From positions 28,056 to 92,055 of the IMG/VR virus record IMGVR_UViG_3300035698_019240: a stretch of 64,000 nt of DNA; one strand, 5' to 3'. The DNA is from a virus. The notes beneath the pieces are model-generated. The model was not told the origin of the DNA. It saw only the letters and a program-made list of their open reading frames with translations, and searched no databases. Below, piece after piece: positions 1 through 9,052 of the stretch. Both the position numbers and the translations under genes were made by a program. Each line of letters opens with the position of its first letter. Positions within the stretch are counted from its first letter, which is position 1.

Positions 1-112
1 TCTTATTGATAAAATATCCGTTAACATGAATTCCGCTAAGGCCTTCGTCCCAAGGAAAAATTTCCTTTATCTTATCCAAACTCATTAGTTTTATCTTATC
101 TCCTGCTTTCAT
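1..112 (-). CDS. Partial small protein (MKAGDKIKLMSLDKIKEIF...), paralog of 330..635; runs off the window
   Basis: Manual translation; ATGA overlap with stop of 109..333. Confidence 0.7.
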   Translation of the reverse strand, partial: MKAGDKIKLMSLDKIKEIFPWDEGLSGIHVNGYFINK

Positions 113-333
113 ATCTCTATATCCTCAAACAATTCATCAACATCCATTATTGAGTCTTCTTTAGGTTTACAACCATCAAATTTTCGGTCTTCACCACCTA
201 TAGTTACAGTACAATCTATTGCACAATCATTTGTATATTTATGTTTACCTCTATGACTGCAATGCATCAATGGACAATTCCCTTCTATCCAACCATCACA
301 TTCCACAATTTCATGATATTCAATATCTCTCAT
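109..333 (-). CDS. Cys/His-rich small protein with conserved C-terminal tail
   Basis: Cys/His pattern; ends IMDVDELFEDIEI. Confidence 0.8.
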   Translation of the reverse strand: MRDIEYHEIVECDGWIEGNCPLMHCSHRGKHKYTNDCAIDCTVTIGGEDRKFDGCKPKEDSIMDVDELFEDIEI

Positions 334-635
334 ATGTCTATCTCCGAGAATAAGTCGTCTACATCCATTATGATTTCCTTATCTATCCACTTTTCACTAA
401 ATGCCCAAATACCCTCAGGACCTATTATATCAAAATCATAACCTCTCCCATTATTATTTTTCAATAAGTTGTTGATTCTCCATGACTTCCCGAACATATC
501 AAGCATAAAACCATTAATGTGTAGATTCCCAACATTAAAATTTCTACTATTAAGTATCTCTTTCAAACTGTATTGTAATTTTATTTGTCTAAGAGTTTTC
601 AGTTTTATCTTATCTCCTACTTTCATATCTTTCAT
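330..635 (-). CDS. Small protein with conserved C-terminal tail
   Basis: KVGDKIKL start; ends IIMDVDDLFSEIDI; body resembles 9049..9318. Confidence 0.8.
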   Translation of the reverse strand: MKDMKVGDKIKLKTLRQIKLQYSLKEILNSRNFNVGNLHINGFMLDMFGKSWRINNLLKNNNGRGYDFDIIGPEGIWAFSEKWIDKEIIMDVDDLFSEIDI

Positions 636-844
636 ATCTCTATATCCTCAAACAGTTTATCTACATCAATGATAGGACCATCATCTATTACTATCAATTC
701 TGACTCAGTGTATATAACCGTATTTGGTTGATAATCCCATCTAACATGTATAGGATAATGCAACTCATAGTCAACTATCTTAACAGTTCCATGCCTCTTA
801 AGGAGACCACTTTTTAACTTTACTCTATCATCGACTTTTATCAT
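632..844 (-). CDS. SH3/KOW-like small protein with conserved C-terminal tail
   Basis: KVDDRVKL...GTV...IHVRWD...ESEL; ends IIDVDKLFEDIEI. Confidence 0.8.
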   Translation of the reverse strand: MIKVDDRVKLKSGLLKRHGTVKIVDYELHYPIHVRWDYQPNTVIYTESELIVIDDGPIIDVDKLFEDIEI

Positions 845-1257
845 TATTCAATAGCCATGAGTACTTTTTTTACCAGGCTTCCATCTACTGTTCCTTTCAA
901 TTCTTTCATTATTGGTCCCATTGCTTTCATCTTATTATGAAATTTACTCAAGTCTACATTGGTCTTGATATACTCTTTTATGTCATCCTCGGATAGCAAA
1001 TTTTCTTCCGGCAAGTATCCTTCAACTATATCAAGATATGTAGAAGTTTTATATTTCTTAGCATCAAGTACCATCTTTTCGTTTTTCCTTAGACCTTTCA
1101 GGATGTATACCAATTCGGCATCTGTTACTACTTCACCTACCTTTTTGTTCAACCGTGGTACCTCACCAAGTATGACCCGTATAGCACTACTCCTCAATGG
1201 CGTCTCGGCCTTCATACTTTCTTTTAAGTCTTTTCGTAATCTTTCATATATAGTCAT
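844..1257 (-). CDS. GatB/YqeY domain protein
   Basis: DLKESMKA, YLPE..LSEDDI, MGPIMKELKGTVDG motifs typical of YqeY. Confidence 0.8.
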   Translation of the reverse strand: MTIYERLRKDLKESMKAETPLRSSAIRVILGEVPRLNKKVGEVVTDAELVYILKGLRKNEKMVLDAKKYKTSTYLDIVEGYLPEENLLSEDDIKEYIKTNVDLSKFHNKMKAMGPIMKELKGTVDGSLVKKVLMAIE

Positions 1258-1442
1258 TTACTAACTCCTTTCTTATTACAGTTTAATTGTTATAATTTCA
1301 CGATCCTCATCACTAGGTACCTCATGTTCAGCACACCATTCGTTGAACATACCTGTTGTTATATCAAATCCATCCTCCCAGTCTGTTACCTTTTTACAAA
1401 CAGTACAGTATTTTCTAAGTTGTTCATCATTGAAGTCCATAG

Positions 1443-1850
1443 TTATATCCTTTCTACAAAAAATGGTAAACAGAAATTGAATGTATGTTTACAGTCGGCA
1501 CACATTACATTTATTGACATTCCCCCTCTTGGTCCTCCACATATGTACTCACAACCACAATCAGGACAACACCTTTCTAATAGTATCCTTTTGAGTAGAG
1601 TGTCACTATCCATTTCAATTTTATCACATAAGGAGTCACATTCTTTCTCGCAGGGTTTACATGGGTATTTTACCTCAAGTATATCACCTCTAAGGGCTTC
1701 AGGAACTCTAACAAATCCCATCGACTTCCATCTTGGGTCTCCTGGCTGTATATCTTCATTAACCTTTTCTTTATTTTTAAGTATTGCTTCGACAAATACA
1801 AACACAAAAAATAATATCAAACCTATCAAACCTATTGTTGTCCATTCCAT
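1443..1850 (-). CDS. Membrane-anchored Cys-rich (Zn-ribbon) protein
   Basis: N-terminal TM; YPCKxC, CCPDCG, CxDCxH; paralog of 4444..4851. Confidence 0.7.
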   Translation of the reverse strand: MEWTTIGLIGLILFFVFVFVEAILKNKEKVNEDIQPGDPRWKSMGFVRVPEALRGDILEVKYPCKPCEKECDSLCDKIEMDSDTLLKRILLERCCPDCGCEYICGGPRGGMSINVMCADCKHTFNFCLPFFVERI

Positions 1851-2191
1851 TCCATTACTCTCCTTTATTCAATTTATTCTTAGCACGTTCATAGTTGTTC
1901 GTCCTATTAAGTAGTTCAGTATACTTATCCTTTTCTATACTATTGTAAAGTCCTAAAGCAATCAATATTAATACCATTAAAATATATTCCATTATCAGTT
2001 ACTCCTTTATTATATATTGTCTTTCACATTGATAACATTTCAAACCTTCAGGCAGTGTAACACCACAACTGGGACAATCAATATCATTTTCACTAATGAA
2101 GTGATCATTTTTCCTCAGGTTTTCAAGTCGTGTGATACCACCTATGCAATACTTTATCGTATCTAATATGTCTATCAAAAATCGTTTCATA

Positions 2192-2485
2192 TTATACCCT
2201 CGTATGACATTTATGTTCCCTACGTGCTTTGAAACTTCCCCTTAATTCCTCAACCAAAGACTCACACTCTTTACAAATGTATATTTCTATACCCTCTTCC
2301 TTCTTATCATACCATACAAATCGACTCTCTACCAGTTCACATTCCAATCGTTCCAGTTCACGTTCATAATTTTTGACTCGGTGCATTTGAGTCTTTGACA
2401 TCTGTTTCCTTTCTAAGATAATAATACCTTTAGAAATAAATACACCCAGTAAACAAAACACTATTGCAATTAAAATTATTTCCAT
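2192..2485 (-). CDS. Membrane-anchored Zn-finger-like protein
   Basis: N-terminal TM, YxCxxC...HxC; paralog of 2476..2790. Confidence 0.7.
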   Translation of the reverse strand: MEIILIAIVFCLLGVFISKGIIILERKQMSKTQMHRVKNYERELERLECELVESRFVWYDKKEEGIEIYICKECESLVEELRGSFKARREHKCHTRV

Positions 2486-2790
2486 TTTGTATCCTCATCT
2501 TCATCCTCTTCTCCATTATATTTTGCACATTCATGAATACTTCGTTGATACATGCTACCTATTTCCTCCTCAACCACTGTGCCACATACCAAACACATGT
2601 ATCGGTAATTACCCTTTTCATCTGTCCTAACAAAATGGAACATATTCTTTAACCGTTCACGTTCCAGCCGTGCCTTTATAGCTTCATAACTATCGGTTCG
2701 GGAATACAGTATCTTTCTCCACCTTTTTCTCTCCTTTTCGCTATAAACTATAATACATAAACATACAATTACAAACAATATCCATTCCAT
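2476..2790 (-). CDS. Membrane-anchored Zn-finger-like protein
   Basis: N-terminal TM, YMCLVCG...HEC. Confidence 0.7.
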   Translation of the reverse strand: MEWILFVIVCLCIIVYSEKERKRWRKILYSRTDSYEAIKARLERERLKNMFHFVRTDEKGNYRYMCLVCGTVVEEEIGSMYQRSIHECAKYNGEEDEDEDTKWK

Positions 2791-3006
2791 TATATTATCT
2801 CCTTTATCATTTAAGTCCTAACCGTAATACTATCCACCATACGATGAAAAATATTACAAAATATATCCATTCACTCATTGTCTATTCCCTTTATATTAGG
2901 TACATCACTCCTATCTTGATGGCTCCTATTAGCCACATGATTATCTTCACTACGCCTATTAGCCACGGGGCTATCAGGCATATAATACAACCAGGTACAT
3001 CCAGTT

Positions 3007-3261
3007 TTAATTTTTCTTCTGAAGGTTTTTTCCTTCATCCTCAACAGCCTTACTTTTGTATATTGGATGTCTCTGTCCACATGAAAGGCACATATATGTG
3101 TCCTTTTCAACGGCCTTACCCTTCTCTATCATACGAATTTTTAATATCATATCATACAATTCCTTATACTCTCTTACATGTTCTCCCTTATGACTTCTAT
3201 TATGATATATATCCTTCACCCATAGAAATACTAACACGATTACCAATACCATATACTCCAT
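3007..3261 (-). CDS. Membrane-anchored Zn-finger-like protein
   Basis: N-terminal TM, YMCLSCG..H. Confidence 0.65.
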   Translation of the reverse strand: MEYMVLVIVLVFLWVKDIYHNRSHKGEHVREYKELYDMILKIRMIEKGKAVEKDTYMCLSCGQRHPIYKSKAVEDEGKNLQKKN

Positions 3262-3533
3262 TATATCACATCCTTTATATACTTATCCGGCTCGTCAAAC
3301 GCCCACTCTGGTATGGTTATATTGTTGACCAATGTCCAAGCGTCATCCAGTCTAACACCACTCTTGTATAAATCAATGTGCCCTATCCATTTTTCATTCA
3401 ACACAAACTGGTCTGAATCAATCTTATACTTTTTACAGTAATACTTAACTATTATTTCGGCCGCCTTATTCATTTCCCATAAGGCATCTTTCCCTTTCCC
3501 TTGTGCTACCAGTAAATCTGTCACTAATCCCAT
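3261..3533 (-). CDS. Hypothetical protein
   Basis: Tightly packed ORF with GGAG SD. Confidence 0.6.
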   Translation of the reverse strand: MGLVTDLLVAQGKGKDALWEMNKAAEIIVKYYCKKYKIDSDQFVLNEKWIGHIDLYKSGVRLDDAWTLVNNITIPEWAFDEPDKYIKDVI

Positions 3534-3535
3534 TT

Positions 3536-3859
3536 TTATATCTCCTTTTTTCTTAAATGTTTATAGTAAGCTTTTATTAATTTATTTATTTTTTTCCATA
3601 CCGAATCAGGTCTTGGCATATTAACATATTCAAATGTAGGCGGTTTCTCCAAATACCTTTTCAATTCAAAGTACTTGCATTTACCATCTGAGTTTAGATC
3701 AGTACATTTCAATCTAACAATATTTCCAGTAATAGGACAGATGTTACTCTTATCATGCTTACACCTGTAACCAGATGCCCCAAATTCAACAGAAGGATTA
3801 TACAAACTATGTTTACATTCTTGACATATTATCATTTTATCTTTTGTTCTTTTACCCAT
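3536..3859 (-). CDS. Cys-rich hypothetical protein
   Basis: CxxCxH..C..C pattern; AGGA SD. Confidence 0.6.
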   Translation of the reverse strand: MGKRTKDKMIICQECKHSLYNPSVEFGASGYRCKHDKSNICPITGNIVRLKCTDLNSDGKCKYFELKRYLEKPPTFEYVNMPRPDSVWKKINKLIKAYYKHLRKKEI

Positions 3860-3896
3860 AATACATTTCCTTTACTGTTAAAGTTTTTATATACTT

Positions 3897-4184
3897 CTAC
3901 CATTTCCATCCGATAGTAATTTTATCGTACTGTTCAACCAAACCACCACTGTCCACTGGATGCCAACACATATGAGACATTTCAAAATACATACCCTGTT
4001 TGAAGATATCTACAGTTAATCCCAGGTCATATTTCACACTTGCTGGATGGAATCGTGTACTCTCACCCTCACCAACCGAGTCATCCATTAAGGTACTGAT
4101 ATTAGCCCATGGACGAAACATAAAATTCTTAGTATTAAACTTTCACCCTACCTCAATCTCCGCTATATACTCCGCCACATTCAT
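3897..4184 (-). pseudogene. Beta-strand-rich protein interrupted by an in-frame TGA at 4143-4145
   Basis: ATG at 4184 is ATGA-coupled to the upstream stop and in frame with 3897..4121: EIEVG*KFNTKNFMFRPW...TIGWKW. Confidence 0.5.
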
Positions 4185-4390
4185 ACTTTCAATTCTTTAA
4201 CTATCATCATACTTTCATATAACGGACACTTCTCTAATTTCTCCAGTGATATATTCTGATCCTCACCACACTCGTAAACACCTGCATCCGTATCGGCAGG
4301 GGTAAGCAACATTTCACATCCGTTTTCTTTACAATATTCTACATCCATTTTATATTCCTTTCTCTCATTTATGTATCCATTATAACACAC
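4181..4390 (-). CDS. Small Cys-containing early protein (probable start at MDVEY)
   Basis: First gene after the early promoter at 4379-4407. Confidence 0.6.
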   Translation of the reverse strand: MCYNGYINERKEYKMDVEYCKENGCEMLLTPADTDAGVYECGEDQNISLEKLEKCPLYESMMIVKELKV

Positions 4391-4407
4391 GATGACCTAT
4401 TTGTAAA
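4379..4407 (-). promoter_or_regulatory. Early sigma70-type promoter
   Basis: TTTACA-17-TATAAT with extended -10 TG. Confidence 0.8.
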
Positions 4408-4443
4408 TCCACCATTTTACACTGTCCTTTCAGTCACTTACTG

Positions 4444-4851
4444 CTACAGGCTCATCTTACTACACTTTAATCCTAAGAACATCCTCTCCACACGTGTAGG
4501 TTGTTCAAATCTGAAGCCATTAATATGAAAATAATGGCCGCAATCCTCACATTTCACATCTATTGTCCCTGGTCCACGACGCATCACAGGAACGAACAAT
4601 GACCCACAATCCGGACAGCACATGTGATTTGTTATCTTTTCCCTCAAGACATATTCATCCCTCTCCAGCAAGGAGCATAACTTTTCACACCCTGAATTGT
4701 ACATAAGACAACTCTTACATGGATATAACAAATCCTCCTTCATTTTCCGTTCATCCTTACATATATCCACCTTCAACTTTCTTATCATCCTCAACTTCTG
4801 AATGATCATCACTATCAATATCATTATTAAACTTATCGTAATTAATTCCAT
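4444..4851 (-). CDS. Membrane-anchored Cys-rich protein
   Basis: TM plus YPCKSC...CCPDCG...CEDCGH; paralog of 1443..1850. Confidence 0.7.
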   Translation of the reverse strand: MELITISLIMILIVMIIQKLRMIRKLKVDICKDERKMKEDLLYPCKSCLMYNSGCEKLCSLLERDEYVLREKITNHMCCPDCGSLFVPVMRRGPGTIDVKCEDCGHYFHINGFRFEQPTRVERMFLGLKCSKMSL

Positions 4852-5009
4852 ATCTCTATCTCCTTAAATAGTTCATCCACATCCATTATTGGTACTTCTT
4901 TAGGTATAAACATATCAAAAACAAAATCAGGAGTAGTCTTACATTCCTTACAGGGAGACAATCTCCAATTACGTCCTGAATAATAACATGTTGTACAATT
5001 CCTTTCCAT
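4842..5009 (-). CDS. 55-aa Cys-rich protein with conserved C-terminal tail (not in ORF track)
   Basis: Manual translation MERNCTTC...CKEC...[16 protein letters not shown]. Confidence 0.75.
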   Translation of the reverse strand: MERNCTTCYYSGRNWRLSPCKECKTTPDFVFDMFIPKEVPIMDVDELFKEIEIWN

Positions 5010-5147
5010 AATCCCTTACTTTCGTCTCCGTATACCTTTCTTATTTCTCTTATTCATATAACAATCCACAACTATCACTATCAAAGCTATACCCCACATC
5101 ACCAGGACAGCAACTCTTAGTTTTAGTATTATCGTAATTAATTCCAT

Positions 5148-5795
5148 TTAATTCACCAACCTTATGATAGGACCACACACATCCTTTGCTAAGTTACCAT
5201 AACTGATATCCTTACCGGCGGCATGTTTCCTTTTATGACATGGTACACACAAGCACTGTCCGTTCGGTGGGTCAAGAGCTAAATACTTCTTTCTCTTTAC
5301 AGGCTCTATATGGTGTACTTCCTCCGCCTGTCGTCCACACTCCTCACAGGTGGGATAATTCTTTTTATACTTCGCCATATTCCGTCGTCCAACTTCTTTC
5401 CTCCACGCCGCCCTTTCCGAACTTATGGTAACTACACCTATCCACTCTTCCGTCTCAACACCCAGTCTACTCCTCTCGCCCGCTTTCTCCAGGTAATCAA
5501 GACCTTTACCAAATACAGGACAGGAATGTTTACATCCATCACTGCAATAGAAATTATTACTCCCCGGCAGCCTCCCCTTTAAGACACCACTTCTATGTAG
5601 TACCTGATTCATCGTAGGTCGGAACACCTTCTCACACCCACTATAGTAACATCTAACATTCAGGACATCACTATCCTCAGGGTCCCGGAAACATTCATTA
5701 GCAGGATACAACTGTGGCTGATACAATTTATAACTCGGTAACTTATCACCATACTTCCATCCCATATCGTTATCTCCTCCACGGTAGGAAATCAC
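5148..5795 (-). CDS. HNH endonuclease with Cys-rich N-terminal domain
   Basis: CEECG...VHHI...NGQCLCVPCH; RDPED..LNVxCYYSGC domain shared with 5944 and 8028. Confidence 0.8.
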   Translation of the reverse strand: MISYRGGDNDMGWKYGDKLPSYKLYQPQLYPANECFRDPEDSDVLNVRCYYSGCEKVFRPTMNQVLHRSGVLKGRLPGSNNFYCSDGCKHSCPVFGKGLDYLEKAGERSRLGVETEEWIGVVTISSERAAWRKEVGRRNMAKYKKNYPTCEECGRQAEEVHHIEPVKRKKYLALDPPNGQCLCVPCHKRKHAAGKDISYGNLAKDVCGPIIRLVN

Positions 5796-5943
5796 AAATA
5801 CAAACCAACACTACATCCATAATAGTCACTAAGACCAACGCTATATTCATCACCATTTCCACTAACACATCAACCACTCTCACCAAGACCGTTATACAGT
5901 CCATCAATATATAAGCTATCACTTCAAGTACCGCCATCATACC

Positions 5944-6852
5944 CTACACCTTTCTTTTACATATTTTATTTGCTAACATTCCCGTACTACAGTCCTTATC
6001 TCCGGCAGGATGTCCTATTTTGTAGTGACACCTTTTACATAAGCACATACCGTTATTTGGATCCATTGCCTGTTCAGGATGTGTCTTAACCGGATGTATA
6101 TGGTGCACAACTTCTGCCGGCTCCTCACATTTCTCACAGGTAGGATGGAAATTATCGTATATCACTATGTTCCGTTCAATAACCTCAGTTCTCCATATGA
6201 CCCTCTCCGAAGCCGTGTATATAGTACCTTCCCATTCGTTATCTTCATCATGACCATTGTGTATCTTTATCAACGCTTCTTCCGCTCCCTTCACCGATTT
6301 ACCATATATAGGACACATATCCTTACAACCATCACTACAATAAAGATCACCACTTTTCCCACATGTTTTCATCGCATTAATCCTACGCCACACTTGACCT
6401 CTTGTAGGTCTGAACACCTTCCCACAACCACTATAGTAACATTTCACATTCAAAATATTACCATCCTCCGGGTCACGGGAACACTCATATCCAAGCAACT
6501 GTTCCGCATATAAATCATATCTCGGTATATCTCTTGTACCATACCCACCCTTCCAAGTAGGATTATTCACTCCACTAACTTTCCCCTTCGTCTCCTCAGT
6601 ATGTTTTTTTCCATACATAGGATGATTTTTTCCTCCACTCACAACACATTTATTATCACAATAATGAAATTTAGATTTACTACCTTTACTATAAAACATT
6701 TTTCCACCACAATTCCGACATATTCCTTCAAGATATAAATTAAAATCTATTTTACCACCCTTACCAACACCCTTTTTCCTCCATACTCCTTTCAATTTCA
6801 GGTGAGGTATCAAGATTTCTATACCAGTTTTATATTTCATTATTTTATCCAC
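5944..6852 (-). CDS. HNH homing-type endonuclease with NUMOD3-like motif
   Basis: GKKHTEETK, NNPTWKGG, CEKC...VHHI...NGMCLCKRCH. Confidence 0.85.
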   Translation of the reverse strand: MDKIMKYKTGIEILIPHLKLKGVWRKKGVGKGGKIDFNLYLEGICRNCGGKMFYSKGSKSKFHYCDNKCVVSGGKNHPMYGKKHTEETKGKVSGVNNPTWKGGYGTRDIPRYDLYAEQLLGYECSRDPEDGNILNVKCYYSGCGKVFRPTRGQVWRRINAMKTCGKSGDLYCSDGCKDMCPIYGKSVKGAEEALIKIHNGHDEDNEWEGTIYTASERVIWRTEVIERNIVIYDNFHPTCEKCEEPAEVVHHIHPVKTHPEQAMDPNNGMCLCKRCHYKIGHPAGDKDCSTGMLANKICKRKV

Positions 6853-6875
6853 TTTCCTTTCACTTTTACACTATA

Positions 6876-6904
6876 AGGATAACACATTTTTTACCCATTG
6901 TAAA
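6876..6904 (-). promoter_or_regulatory. Early promoter for left arm
   Basis: TTTACA-17-TATCCT with TG extension. Confidence 0.65.
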
Positions 6905-6911
6905 TCTATTA

Positions 6912-7950
6912 CATCTAAAATTTTGTGCGGACGGAAGTTGAATGTCCTAAGGTTTAACAGGTGTATTTGTAGTGTAGTCAAACGCACCTTCATATCCGTC
7001 ATCGCAAAAATTAGAAAATTTAGTGGCCTAAAGGTTTGGAGCAAAGGAGCACGCTCTCCGGTATAATCACAACCGCCTCAGACGCACGGGATTTCTTTTT
7101 CCTGTTCCAATCTTGCTCCAATCTCCCGTTAGTCACTATCACATCACGGCTACTGGGTTACTGTTCTCCTTTCTCACATCCCATACCACGGGATACACAT
7201 TACTCATGCACTTATTGATCAGGAGCACAGAGGCCTCGATCCTCTACACACCCAATACCATATTCCCGCAGGATAACATTTTTCCTGTGGGAAATGAGGA
7301 AATGTGTGGGATATTGAGATAATAAGACCCACGGCGCACAGGACTCGTTGGATATCGTTGGGATGGTGCGCGGTCTTCCACATGTGAAAGGAGGTCAATG
7401 GGTGTCAGAGTGTATGATCACTCGGACTCGCGTCAGCATATACAGAATCACGATGAAATCTGCTCCAGAATCCGGGAGGGGCCCGGAATTCAATCCTCAC
7501 TACATCTTGCGCAAACCTCTCAAAAACCACTAAACCGCCCTTTACTCACCCATATAATATAAGCAAAAACACACATTTTCCTGCTCCCGGAATCCTGGAG
7601 GGGAGGATTTGCGGTAAAGCCATGGTGTCAAAAGTTCCGACGATCTTTACCTGTCTCACTATCCGTCATTTTGCGCAGTTTATACTTTTCAATCCGGATT
7701 CCGGGAAAATCCACGATTCCCATCGGAGAATGCGTTTTTAGTGTCCAGACCCCTGGATATCTATAGTACATAACTTCTTTAATACTTGGAAAGTATATAA
7801 ATATTGCTTTTCCTTTATATTTGCTTATTTTTCACTGGATTCACGAAATCCTTAGATTAACACAAATGTCCTGATACTCTTTTCCTACTTTTCAATGGTA
7901 TTTGCGTAAATTGTCAAAATAGTCCCGGGCCAGCTCAATTTCAAAACGCC
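6912..7950 (+). ncRNA. Putative large structured non-coding element (RNA or folded ssDNA), family unknown
   Basis: No credible ORF; GC-richer than flanks; more than 10 hand-found stems whose G-T pairs work only on the + strand. Confidence 0.45.
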
Positions 7951-7974
7951 GGAAATGAAGGTTACAATATTATG

Positions 7975-8003
7975 TTTACATTTTATCAAAAATAATGTAT
8001 AAT
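7975..8003 (+). promoter_or_regulatory. Early promoter for right arm
   Basis: TTTACA-17-TATAAT. Confidence 0.8.
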
Positions 8004-8027
8004 AGGTATATGAAATAAAGGAATAAA

Positions 8028-8765
8028 GTGCAAATGAAATATAGTGGGAAAAAATCTAAACCATTTACTTTCTTACATAGTGGTGTCAAGCTTTTAAAAA
8101 ACACACCTGCAAAAATAAGAGAAAGTAAAAATAAAAGTACTAAGAATAGGTGCTATGGAGAAAATCATCCTGGATGGAAAGGTGGTTATAGTATAAAAGG
8201 TATACCAACATATGATACTTACGCTCCTAAACTCTTTGCGGATGAGTGTTCCCGTGACCCGGAGGATGGTAATATCTTGAATGTGAAATGTTACTATAGT
8301 GGTTGTAAAGAATGTTTTAGGCCAAGTATAGGACAAGTCAGTGCACGACTAACTGTTATAAAAATAGGAAATGATGGTAGAAATTTCTACTGCTCGGAAG
8401 AGTGTAAAAAATCTTGTTCTGTGTATCACATGAGAGTTGAATGGATTATGAACCAGAATGATGGTAGAAATTTTTCAGATAATGAGGATAGATGGTATAG
8501 AGACACCCAACCAGAATTACGGGCCATGTGCTTGGAAAGAGATGGTTATATTTGTCAAACATGTGGAAAGCATGAGAGTGATCTTGATGTTTCATTACAC
8601 TGTCATCATAGAGAAGGTGTATTTTGGGAACCATTGATGTCTGCTGATTTAGATATGGTTTTGACCGAGTGTGAAACATGTCATTATGATATACATAGAA
8701 AAGAAGGATGTAGGTCAGTGGATATGCAATGTCCATTTCTTGGAGCAGAAGGAGCGGATATATAG
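8028..8765 (+). CDS. HNH endonuclease, paralog of 5148/5944
   Basis: NHPGWKGG; ERDGYICQTCG..LHCHH...LTECETCH; shared CSRDPEDGNILNVKCYYSGC. Confidence 0.85.
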   Translation: MQMKYSGKKSKPFTFLHSGVKLLKNTPAKIRESKNKSTKNRCYGENHPGWKGGYSIKGIPTYDTYAPKLFADECSRDPEDGNILNVKCYYSGCKECFRPSIGQVSARLTVIKIGNDGRNFYCSEECKKSCSVYHMRVEWIMNQNDGRNFSDNEDRWYRDTQPELRAMCLERDGYICQTCGKHESDLDVSLHCHHREGVFWEPLMSADLDMVLTECETCHYDIHRKEGCRSVDMQCPFLGAEGADI

Positions 8766-8839
8766 GTGTGAATAATGGGGGTCCGTTAGGAATCGAAACA
8801 ACGATGTCCGAGGAATCGGAAAAGGAAAGGGCGTGAGTT

Positions 8840-9052
8840 ATGAAAAAAATAACAGTATGGAATCGGTTAGGAGAAAATGGTTGGAATCACAATCATATTG
8901 AGGACGGATGGGTTGAAGGATCTAAACCAAAGGCGAAAAAAGCTGAATTCAAAAGGCAGATTAGTGGTTGGAAAAATAATTTGTGGAGAAAGTCATATGA
9001 GTATTTGACTGTTGATAATAAAGTAATATGGTGGAATGGTGAAAATAAATGA
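8840..9052 (+). CDS. Trp-rich hypothetical protein
   Basis: ORF in early operon. Confidence 0.55.
   Translation: MKKITVWNRLGENGWNHNHIEDGWVEGSKPKAKKAEFKRQISGWKNNLWRKSYEYLTVDNKVIWWNGENK

Noticed and set aside
7036-7533. Short ORFs 7036, 7113 and 7348
   Set aside because: TTG starts without SD and composition unlike phage genes; better explained as non-coding
6912-7950. tRNA cluster or group I intron (ATAGTCC near 7919)
   Set aside because: No T-loop/cloverleaf seen, no matching P7 partner and no interrupted host gene
5148-8765. IscB/Cas9-like RNA-guided nuclease
   Set aside because: Proteins are short and lack PLMP/RuvC motifs; only HNH and Cys-rich domains are visible
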